The position numbers and the translations under genes were made by a program. A stretch of DNA of 64,000 bases from a virus. Below are positions 14,472 through 25,370 of the stretch, piece after piece (position 1 is the first letter of the stretch; each line of letters opens with the position of its first letter). The stretch is taken from the IMG/VR virus record IMGVR_UViG_3300046171_000185, positions 2,998-66,997 of that record; one strand, written 5' to 3'. Under the pieces are notes generated by a model that saw only the letters and a list, made by a program, of their open reading frames with translations, was not told the DNA's origin and made no database searches.

Positions 14472-16025
14472 ATGGCTGCCATTATAACTGATCAAGTTAG
14501 AATATTAAACGCGAAAAATTTTGTTGCTGGAATTGCTAACGCAAGCAATTCCTATTATTCTTTTGTCGGACTTCCAAATCCGACAGATTATGATTCGTCA
14601 TGGAATGATAATCCCCCCTCACCAAAAGATAATTTTGATGAAGAGAATGATTATTGGGATACCATGATTGCAATGAAGAGGATTAACACTACCGATGTTA
14701 GGCAGGTTATTCCTAGAAGGATCTGGTCTTCGGGTACTACTTATGATATGTACCGTCATGATTACAGTAGATCAAATACTGCCCCTGTTTCAGGATCCAC
14801 TAATTTATATACTTCAAACTTTTACGTTTTAAACAGCGATTATAGAGTTTATATTTGCCTTCAGAATGGCACCAATCCAGAAAACACTCTTGGTAGACCA
14901 TCATTAGACGAACCAACTTTTACTGATTTAGAACCAAAAGCAGCTGGAACCAGTGGTGATGGTTATATTTGGAAATATCTTTATACTATTAAACCAGCAG
15001 ATATCACCAAATTTGATTCTACAGATTTTATGCCAGTCCCTACGGACTGGAGCACTAGCAATGATACATCTTTAGTTAGAGAAAATGCTGTAGATGGATC
15101 GATTAAAATTGTAAATATAACCAATCGCGGAGTTGGATTAGGAACAGCAAACGTTACTTATACCAGAGTTCCTATCAGAGGAGATGGGACTGGTGCAGAA
15201 TGCACTATTGCGATTGATGGAGACTCTAAGATTGATTCAGTTACTGTATCTGCACAAGGATCTGGGTATACTTTTGCCACTGTTGACTTTGAAGCAGGTG
15301 GAGTTCCTGCAGGAACCACAAGACCAGTTTTTGATGTTATGATCTCCCCACAAGGTGGACATGGAGCAGATATCTATAGAGAACTGGGGGCGTATAGTGT
15401 ATTGATGTACTCAAGACTTGAGAGTGATAATGAAAATCCAGATTTTGTCACTGGCAATCAGTTTGCAAGGATTGGCATCGTAGAAAATCCACTTTCTCCT
15501 GCTGGAGGATCAGTTTTAACTTCAGATAAAGCAAGTGCTGTTACTGCTTTAAAATTGACTGGGGTTGGATATAGTGAAGCAACCTTCACTGCAGACTCCT
15601 TTGTTACTCAAACGGTTGGAACTGGTGTTACTGCTGTTGGTAGAGTTGTAAACTATGACCAGAACACTGGAGTTCTCAAACTCTGGCAAGACAGAACTGT
15701 AGCAGGATTTACAACTGCAGGTATTGGAATTACCAATCCAACTTATGGTTATCTTTTAGAGAATTTTACAGGTAATCCAACCGGAGATGGAACAGTTGCT
15801 ATTACACCATCTACAGGATTGCAGTTAAGTATTGACAGTGCGTTTAGCGATAACAAAACGACGATAAATAATCGTACATATTATCTTGGAATGGATTTCA
15901 CTACAGGTGTTGCGTCCCCAGAGGTAAAACAGCATTCTGGTAATATTATATACGTAGATAATAGACCTTCGATTACAAGATCGTCAAACCAAAAAGAAGA
16001 CATAAAAGTTATCTTGCAGTTCTAA
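14472..16025 (+). CDS. gp8: Baseplate wedge subunit gp8
   Basis: MAAIITDQVRILNAKNF, WSSGTTYDMYRHDY, YRVYICLQNG, DGYIWKYLYTI, and C-terminal YVDNRPSITRSSNQKEDIKVILQF. Confidence 0.92.
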   Translation: MAAIITDQVRILNAKNFVAGIANASNSYYSFVGLPNPTDYDSSWNDNPPSPKDNFDEENDYWDTMIAMKRINTTDVRQVIPRRIWSSGTTYDMYRHDYSRSNTAPVSGSTNLYTSNFYVLNSDYRVYICLQNGTNPENTLGRPSLDEPTFTDLEPKAAGTSGDGYIWKYLYTIKPADITKFDSTDFMPVPTDWSTSNDTSLVRENAVDGSIKIVNITNRGVGLGTANVTYTRVPIRGDGTGAECTIAIDGDSKIDSVTVSAQGSGYTFATVDFEAGGVPAGTTRPVFDVMISPQGGHGADIYRELGAYSVLMYSRLESDNENPDFVTGNQFARIGIVENPLSPAGGSVLTSDKASAVTALKLTGVGYSEATFTADSFVTQTVGTGVTAVGRVVNYDQNTGVLKLWQDRTVAGFTTAGIGITNPTYGYLLENFTGNPTGDGTVAITPSTGLQLSIDSAFSDNKTTINNRTYYLGMDFTTGVASPEVKQHSGNIIYVDNRPSITRSSNQKEDIKVILQF

Positions 16026-16031
16026 AGAATT

Positions 16032-19000
16032 ATGCCACAGCAGACGAACCTCAACGTAGCACCATATTTTGACGATTTTGATGCGACGAACGACTATCAC
16101 AAGGTGCTTTTTAAGCCTGGATATCCTGTCCAGGCAAGAGAACTAACGACTTTACAGTCTATCCTGCAGAATCAGGTAGAAAAGTTTGGTCAACATTTTT
16201 TCAAAGAAGGTGCTAAAGTAATTCCAGGAAATACTGGATACTCTAGACTTTACTATGCTATTCAACTTGCAAATACTTTTCAGGGTGTTCCTGTTGAGGC
16301 ATATGCAGATCAGTTAGTTGGAACAACTATCACAGGTCAATCTTCAGGTGTTACTGCTGTTGTTGACAATATTCTTCCCTCTGCAGATTCTGAGAGAGGA
16401 AACTTAACTCTTTATGTTGCATATCAGGGATCTTCTAAATTAGACAATACTACTCAAACATTCACTGATGGTGAACCTTTAACATGTAATCAAACATTAT
16501 CATCTGGATTATTAGGAAATACTACTATTACTGCGGGAACTCCTTTTGCGAATACTTTAGGGGCTAACGCATCTGCTACGGGATCAGTATTCCAAATTGA
16601 AAATGGCGTATATTTTATTCGTGGATACTTTGTAAACGTAAATAAAGAATCTTTAGTCTTAGATCAATATTCAAATACTCCAAGTTATAGAATTGGACTC
16701 TTTGTTAATGAAGAGATTGTAAATTCAAATTCAGATGAATCCTTAAATGATAATTCTCAAGGATTTAATAATTACGGAGCACCAGGTGCTGACAGACTTA
16801 AAATTTCCGTAAGTCTGTTCAAAAAACCGCTTGATGACTTCAATGATGATAATTTTATTCTCTTAGCAACCGTTATTAATGGCGTTCTTCAGTCTCCTAC
16901 TAGGAGAGGAAGTTCTAGAGGCAATGGTTCAGTCTTCTATGAGGATTTAACTGATGTTTTGGCTAGAAGAACCTATGACGAGAGTGGTCACTATATTGTA
17001 AAACCATTTAATATTTCTCTAGTTAACTCTTTAAATAATAATCTTGGTAACCAAGGTTTATATGAAGAAGGTCAGTTTACTGCAGGTGGTTCTACTCCTA
17101 ATCCAGATTTAGCAGTTCTTAGAATATCTCCTGGTAAGGCATACGTTAAAGGATATGAAGTAGAAACAATCAGTCCAACTTTTATTGATGTACCAAAACC
17201 AAGAACAACTAAAACTATTGAAAATCAGTTCTTTCCTTATAATACTGGACCAACATTAAAATTAAACTCAGTTTATAGATCTCCAACAGTCGGTGTTGGA
17301 AACACTTTTATCTTAAGTTTGAGAGATCAAAGGGTTGGAGTAAATTCTGAAACAGCAGCAGGTAAGGAAATTGGACTTGCTAGAGTATTTGATTTCAGAC
17401 TCGAATCTGGATCATACAATACATCGTTCCCCCAAGAAAATGAGTGGGGCATGTCAATGTATGATGTGCAACCATATACGGAGTTGACGCTCAATCAGCA
17501 AACTTCAGTATCAGTTCCTGCGTATATTAAGGGAAATAGTAGTGGTGCAACTGGATTTTTAAGAAGTCCAGTACAAGCTGGGACGGCATTAACAGTATAT
17601 GACAAAAAAGGAAATTTCCTGAATAATGAAGTCCTTGTAATAACTAGTGGCATTTCTACGCAATCGGAATCAATCAATAGAACTGTTACTGATATTCATC
17701 AATATGGAATATCTGATGTAAAATCAATTTATTCAAATTCTGGAACTGCTGCTGGAACAAATGGGAATGATGCAGCGACTGGTATTAATACATTTAGTGC
17801 AAACATAGTACAGACATCTTCCAAAATCATCGGAGTTTCTTCAATTACTGCTGTCGATGCAACTAATGGCATTAGTACTATTACTAGTGCCAATAAGGAT
17901 TTCCTGGGTGATTTAAAAATTAATAATTTACTGCAATATTCAGATACATCAGTTTCCAATGATCCTGTCATGGCTAGGGTTACTGGTATTACAACTGCCT
18001 CTGGAAAGATTACTGTAGTTGGTGTAACTACTATAAGTGGTAGTGTTAATGGGGCACTTCCTACCTCTAGTTTTACAACATCTGATCTTGAAATTGTTAC
18101 AACTAAGTTAGATCAATCTTCTGACAATACTTTCTATACAGAATTGCCAAATGAAAATATTTCTACTGTTGATTTAACCGATGCTAGGTTAAATATTAGA
18201 AAAACATTTACTGTAACTATTGAAAATAATCAGTTAACTTCTACAAGTCTTATTACCGCAACATTACCTGAAGGAGAAACTTATCTTTCGTATAATGATG
18301 AAAGATATTCCTTAATTAGATCGGATGGGACTACAGAACCTCTTTCTGCTGATAAGTTTACTTTCTCAGCAGACCTTAGAGAACTTCAGATTAGAGGATT
18401 GGGGTCAAATAATGAAGATGCTCAACTAGTTGTTACAGTAGAGAAAGCTAGTGTTAAAGCGAAGAAAAAAATTAAGAATAGAGTTAGATCTATTGTTGTT
18501 GATAAATCAACAAATCCATCATCTGGAATTGGATCAACATCTGTAAACGATGGATTAACTTATGGCAATTATCCATTTGGAACTAGAGTTCAAGATGAAG
18601 TCATTTCATTGAATGTTCCTGATATTATTGAGATTCATGCAATATATGAAACGTCCGATGTAAATTTAACGGACGCCAGTTTTGGATCTCCAGAAATGAC
18701 GCTTACTCAGATGAATGGACCTAGTGCTACAACTGGTGACATGATTATTGGTGAATTAATAGTTGGTCAAACAAGTGGTGCGGTTGCAGTATTTGGAGAA
18801 ATCAAAGATACTTCTACCTTGAGATATCTTCCTAAAAACAATTTTAAGTTTGTTGAGGGGGAAACTGTAATATTCCAAGAGTCTTCTATTACAGGAGGAG
18901 TTAGTTCTTTAAATACTACTTCATTTGATATCTCATCAAACTACTCTTTCTCTTGTGGTCAGAAAAATACAATATATGATTATGGTTTCTTACAGAGAAC

Positions 19001-22000
19001 CGCTGATTCTAGTGCTCCAAATAATAAAATAAAAATATATTACAAAAGTGCTTCGTTTGATTCTTCAGATACTGGAGATATTGTTACCGTAGAATCGTAT
19101 AATGATTTTAATTATTCAACAGAAGTTAAAGCTATTAATGGTATATTAAATACTGATATCATTCGATTTGCGTCCTAGAGTTAGTGAATATGCAGTAGCA
19201 GAAGGTTCTAGATCCTCCTTTAGAGTTTCTTGGTAGATCATTTAATACTGCAGGAAATTCTGTTCCTAATATCTTAGCATCTAATGAAACTATTTTCTTA
19301 GACTATGCATACTATCAAGGAAGAATTGATAGGTTATATCTGCATAAAGATGGTAAATTCCAAATGAAGTTTGGAACTCCTTCGGATGATCCGAAGAGAT
19401 CTAAACCAGAATCTCCAGATAATGCTATTGAAATTGCAGAAATTCAGTATCCACCATATCTTCATAACGTACAACAATCATCTATTAGATTCTTGAAGTA
19501 CAAGAGATATCAAATGAAAGATATCAAGAAATTGGAAGATAGAATTAGAAATTTAGAGTATTATACTCAACTTTCTATGCTGGAGTCATCTACAGCAAAT
19601 CAATTTATTCCTGACGACTAATGGATTGAATAGATTTAAATCTGGATTTTTTGTAGATAATTTTACATCTTTTGCTACTCAGGATTATAGATTGAGTAGA
19701 AAAAATAGTATTGACCAAACAAATCAAATTCTTAGACCAAAGCATAGTACTAATTCGTTTACATTGCAAACTGGACCGGTTGTTGATGAGGATACAACAG
19801 CAGATCAAAGAAATTCAAACATAGAAGGGACAAATGTTAGAAAACAGAATGATATACTGAGTCTAGATTACTCTGATATTGAATTTATTAAGCAATCCTT
19901 TGCAACTAGAACCGAAAGTGTAACTCCTTTCTTAATTAGTTTCTGGCAAGGAAGTTTAGTATTAACACCTGCTTCAGATAATTGGGTTACCCAGAATAGA
20001 ATGGAAGCAAGAACGATTGATACCATTGGCAATTACTCTCAGGTTATGTCTGAGGCTCAAGAAAAGTATGGTGTTGATCCTGAAACTGGATTTGCTTCAG
20101 AAATATGGAATTCTTGGGAAACAAATTGGTCGGGAACAACCTCTACAGAATCTACTACTCAGACAAGTGAAACTACTTCTAGCGATACATTTGGTCGTGG
20201 TGGATGGATTAATGGTGGTAGTGGTGGACCTGCTGAATGGGTTGAACAGACTACTACGCAACCAGTCGAACAAGATGTTGTTAACACTAACGAATCTGGT
20301 ACAAAGTCAAGAAGTGGAACTCAATATCAGGTCGTTGAAACTTTTGACGAACTTTCTATTGGAGATAAAGTCGTAAGCACGGAAATTATTTCTACCGTAA
20401 GGTCTAGAAATGTTGAATTCTATGCAGCAAACTTAAAACCAAGTACTAGAATCTACGCATTCTTTGATGGAAAAGATGTAAGCAAGTATTGTGTACCTAA
20501 AATTATTGAAATTACTATGAAATCTGGAACTTTCCAGGTTGGAGAAACTGTACAAGGTAGAGTTCTTGCTACAGGGCTTGGCGAGGAAGGGAAAGATACT
20601 GATCCTAAAATTAACTTTAGAGTCGCTCAATCTAATCATAGAAAAGGTGATTATGATTCTCCAACTGAGGTTTATCCAGATAATCCCTATAAAGATGGTG
20701 AAACAATTCCCGAGGTATATTCATCTACTTCAACTATCTTAAATGTAGATACTTACTCTCTTGCAAATCAACCACAAGGAGACTTCTTTGGTCATATTCA
20801 AACTGGAATGATTTTAACTGGAGAAACTAGTGGTGCAGAGGCAGAAGTATCTAATGTAAGACTCATAACGGACAAATCTTCTGCTTTGGTAGGAAGTTTC
20901 TTCATTCCAGACCCAGACAATGGTGATAATCCTAATTTCAAAACAGGAACTAATGTCTTTACATTAACAAATGATCCAGATAATGATCAAGATGCTGCAA
21001 CTACTGTTGGTGAAGAAGCATATGTAACTGCTGGTACTCTTGAAACTGTTCAGGATCAAATTCTTTCAATTAGAAATGCTAAAATTGAGCAGAAAAAATT
21101 ATTTGAAGATGAAATAGTTAATAGAACTCTTGACACTGAAATTGTTGCCACTAGAAATCTTGGAGAAGCAACGGTAAGTGAATCAATTGTTGGTTATTAT
21201 GACCCTCTTGCACAATCTTTTGAAGTTTCGGCAGCAGAAGATCCTGAAGGAGTATTTGTAACAAAATGTGATGTTTTCTTCCGTACAAAAGATGATGATG
21301 ATACTCCTGTTAGATTCCAAATAAGAACCATGAACAATGGTTTCCCAACTGCCAAGTATTTTGATCTTTCTGAAGTAGTTCTTACTCCAGAAAATGTCAA
21401 TACTTCTACGGATGGTTCTGTAGCAACTACTTTTGAATTTGCTGCACCAGTTTACCTAGAAGGTGGTACTGAATATGCAATATGTTTAATTTCAAACTCA
21501 ACTAAGTATAGTGTTTATATTTCTAGAGTTGGTGAAAATGATATCCTTACGGATTCATATATTTCTAACCAACCAACTCTCGGATCACTATTCAAATCCC
21601 AGAATGCATCTACTTGGGAAGCAAGTCAATGGGAAGATCTTAAATTTACCATGTATAGAGCGGACTTTGTAGAGTCTGGGTCTGTTGATCTTTACAGTCC
21701 AGAATTGACCCAAGGTAATAAGCAAGTTGCTACTCTTCAAGAAAATCCTTTGAATATTTCTTCAAACGAAATTCGTGTTGGACTTGGAACAACAGTTGCT
21801 GATGATCGTTATATTCTTGGCAACACTTTCTTCCAAGGAACTTCTATTAATAGAACTGCAGAGGGAGATTTAGTTGGAGTTGCTGCCAGTGCAGTAGGAA
21901 CAATGTCAATAACTAATCCTGGTGTTGGATATACTCCAGCTGATGGACAACTTAGTTATGGAAATGTTAACTTAGTCTCAATTTCTGGTAAGGGATCTGG

Positions 22001-23717
22001 AGCAGTTGCAAATGTTACCATTGAGGATGGTGTCGCTATTGCAGCAACAATTACTGGTAATGGTGGAAATGGTTATCAGGTTGGTGACGTAGTTACTATT
22101 AGTGCTGCATCACCTTCACCATCATCTCCAGATCCAATTGGGTTAAGTGTCGGTACAAATGCAAGATTTACATTAACTGGTATTGGACTTACTTCACAAT
22201 TAATTATTGGTAATGTTCAAGGAGAATTTATTACTGGGGCCGCTGGAACTATTCGTTTCTTTGACAATAGTAATACTGAAAGAGAATTGAATAGTAGCAA
22301 TGGTGGAGATGTGACAATTCCTTCAAATGGAATAGAATCTATTACTGATGGTTTGCATATTAAAGTCAACCATGTAAATCATGGAATGAATTTTGATGAT
22401 AACTTTGTAAGAATTTCGGGCATTCTGCCAGATATCAAACCCACAAAACTGACTGCAGAATATAGTAAATCATCTACAGATCCAATACCGGTAAGTAGTG
22501 GAACTGGAGATAGATTCTCAACATTTGAAAACGCTAGTGTCTCTACGACTAATACTGGATTAATTCTTATTGGTGAAGAAATTATAGAATATACTAATAC
22601 TACTTCATCAACCATTAGTGGTAGTATTTCTAGAGGAGAAATTCCCAAAACATATCCAGTTGATACGCCGGTTTATAAGTATGAATTGGGAGGAGTAAGT
22701 CTTGCTAGAATTAATAAAACTCATGATTTAAGCGAAGTAACTATTACAAATCCAATAACTTTAGATTCTTATTACATAAAACTTGATATGTCCGAAAAAT
22801 TTGGAACTATTGGGTCAGTTGATAATGCCGATAGATCCGTTGGAACACCATTACCTAAACTGTTTATCAGTGCATCCAGGTCTACGGGTGGAAGTAATGT
22901 GAAGGCTACTAAAAACATTCCATTCGAAATTATTAAACCATCAATACATAATACTACTGTGGAGGGAACTTCTTTATCTGGTCAGATAAGAACTGTTACC
23001 ACACAAAGTATAAGTGGAAATGAAATTCCTTATGTAAATGCGGGATTTGAAGATGTTGTTTTAAACACTAATAATTATCTTGATACTCCTAGAGCAATTT
23101 TCTCTAAGGTAAATGAAGATCGCAAATTGGATTCTATTGAAGGTAATAAATCTATGCAAATGAGACTTTTCCTTGGAACCACTAATTCTAAACTAAGTCC
23201 TCAAATTGAACTTCAAAGATGTAGTGTATATGCAACATCAAATAGAGTTAATTCTGAAGTTACCAATTATGCTACTGATCCTAGAGTAAATACTTTCTTT
23301 AATGATCCCAGTGCATGTCAGTACATTTCCAAAGAAATAACTCTAGAGAATCCAGCAACATCATTAAAGATTTTTGCTGATACTCACATTCCAGCAGATT
23401 GTGACGTTAGAGCATTCTATGCTATTAGTGCTAATCCAGGACTTGAACCAATATTTACTCCATTCCCAGGATATTTAAACCTTGATGTTAATGGATTGGT
23501 ACTTAATGAAGAAAATAATGACGGAAGATCTGATTCTTTCGTAACACCCTCAACTAAGAGAGGATTTAGTCTTGAAGATACTGATTTTGTAGAACGTACA
23601 TTTACAGTTGACAATCTACAAACGTTTAGATCTTATAGAATCAAAATTGTAATGACTTCGACAAATCAAACATTAGTACCTCAAATGAAAAATCTTAGAG
23701 TAATTGCTTTAGCATAA
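16032..23717 (+). CDS. Large VrlC-like (DUF4815-type) virion structural protein, ~2,550 aa, frameshifted near 19170-19220 and 19620
   Basis: MPQQTNLNVAPYFDDFD...KVLFKPGYPVQARELTTLQSILQNQ, APGADRLKI, ARRTYDESGHY, RFKSGFFVDNF, DPLAQSF and GSLFKSQNASTW. Ends LRVIALA. Confidence 0.85.
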
Positions 23718-23718
23718 T

Positions 23719-23948
23719 ATGGAAATTTATACAGGTAAAAGGTCATCAGGATCTCGCAAGAGATCCCAAAACTAATACGGTGATTAATGTAAATAAAGTA
23801 TCATATGATCAATATGTTGCTAGTCGTGAGGCTAAGAATATGAAGAATCAAAAGATGCAGACAATTGAAGATGAAGTTGCTACTATTAAAGATGATATCA
23901 ACGATATCTAAGTCGTTACTTAAGGAGTTATTAAATGGATCCAGATAG
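23719..23948 (+). CDS. Small hypothetical protein with C-terminal coiled coil (frameshifted)
   Basis: ATG 2 nt after the previous stop. Re-joined it reads ...KGHQDLARDPKTNTVINVN...IEDEVATIKDDINDI-KSLLKELLNGSR*. Confidence 0.6.
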
Positions 23949-24117
23949 TATAGAACTAAGTAATCTATCAAAGCAATTTGCTTACACTAAATTGGCATCA
24001 CAGATAGATAGTTGTGATGATCGTGACGAACTAAAGAATATTGCAAAATCTTTTTGCAAACTATATTATAAACAGCAAGAAACCATGAAACTCATAGGAA
24101 TAACTAATGGCGTCTAG
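23935..24117 (+). CDS. Small helical protein, possibly NblA-like
   Basis: 60 aa. IELSNLSKQF resembles the NblA (I/L)ELSLEQQF motif and is followed by two amphipathic helices. Confidence 0.4.
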   Translation: MDPDSIELSNLSKQFAYTKLASQIDSCDDRDELKNIAKSFCKLYYKQQETMKLIGITNGV

Positions 24118-24499
24118 TACAATTAATTTTGATCCAGATTCTGGAGTTCCTTATGGCGCAAATTTGACCATTTATAGTGGGACAGATTTTACTCAAACAT
24201 TTAATGTTAAGAGTACTTCAAATAGTGCTTTCAATTTTACAAGTTACTCTGGAGCAGGAAAGTTATCCAAATCTATTGGTATTGGAGCATCAACTGGTAG
24301 TGATAATTACACTACCTTTACAGTTGGTATAACAAGTGCTTTAGATGGCGTGTTACAGGTTTCTCTAACAGATACTCAAACTAAGGCATTAGATCAAGGT
24401 AGATATATGTATGATGTTTTGGTTACTGTGGGATCAACAACGTATCCTTTAGTAAATGGTAATGTTTATGTATATAATACTGTCACGCAAAGAACCTAA
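24107..24499 (+). CDS. Hypothetical virion-associated beta-sandwich protein
   Basis: ANLTIYSGTDFTQTF...SLTDTQTKALDQGRYMYDVLV; lies upstream of gp13 in the late module. Confidence 0.65.
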   Translation: MASSTINFDPDSGVPYGANLTIYSGTDFTQTFNVKSTSNSAFNFTSYSGAGKLSKSIGIGASTGSDNYTTFTVGITSALDGVLQVSLTDTQTKALDQGRYMYDVLVTVGSTTYPLVNGNVYVYNTVTQRT

Positions 24500-24524
24500 A
24501 TACACATAGGAAACTAGAGAATAA

Positions 24525-25370
24525 ATGGCTCAACCAGCAAGTAGAACAGATCTAGTTAATTACTGTAAGAGGCAACTAGGTGCTCCTGTATTGGAGATTA
24601 ACGTTGCCGATGAGCAGATTGATGACTTGGTTGATGATGCCCTCCAGTTGTTCCAGGAACGCGACTATGATGGGACAACTAACACGTTCCTGAAGTATAA
24701 GATAACCCAGGCAGATATTGATAGGGGAAGAGGTAGAGGTGGAAGCAATCCAATCGGTATTGTAACTACAAGTGCAAGTTCTACAATCGATGGTCAGTCG
24801 GTATCTTTTTCTTTTGAAGAGAATAGCAACTACTTACAAGTTCCTCCAGAAGTTTTAGGTGTAACAAAGATATATCACTTTAATGGTTCTAATACAACCA
24901 CCAACAACATGTTCAGTATTAAATATCAGTTGTTCTTGAATGATATTTACTACTTTGGTTCAACAGAAATTTTAACCTATGCAATGACAAAAAGATATCT
25001 TGAGGATATCGACTTTGCATTAACAACACAAAAGCAAATTAGATTTAATATTAGATCAGATAGACTTTACTTAGATATTGATTGGGCAAGCGTCAGTGTG
25101 GATGATTATCTAGTTATTGATTGCTATAGATTACTTAATCCCAATGATTTTCCAAGAGTTTATAATGATAGTTTTCTAAAGCGTTATCTGACAGCATTGA
25201 TTAAGAGACAGTGGGGACAAAATCTAATTAAGTTCCAGGGAGTTAAACTTCCAGGTGGTATTGAACTGAATGGCAGACAAATATATGATGATGCAGAAAG
25301 AGAACTAGATAAGATTAGAGAGGTGATGTCAAACACTTATGAACTTCCACCTCTTGATATGATAGGCTGA
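24525..25370 (+). CDS. gp13: Neck protein gp13
   Basis: YCKRQLGAPVLEINVADEQIDD...KRQWGQNLIKFQGVKLPGGIELNGRQIYDDA. Confidence 0.93.
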   Translation: MAQPASRTDLVNYCKRQLGAPVLEINVADEQIDDLVDDALQLFQERDYDGTTNTFLKYKITQADIDRGRGRGGSNPIGIVTTSASSTIDGQSVSFSFEENSNYLQVPPEVLGVTKIYHFNGSNTTTNNMFSIKYQLFLNDIYYFGSTEILTYAMTKRYLEDIDFALTTQKQIRFNIRSDRLYLDIDWASVSVDDYLVIDCYRLLNPNDFPRVYNDSFLKRYLTALIKRQWGQNLIKFQGVKLPGGIELNGRQIYDDAERELDKIREVMSNTYELPPLDMIG

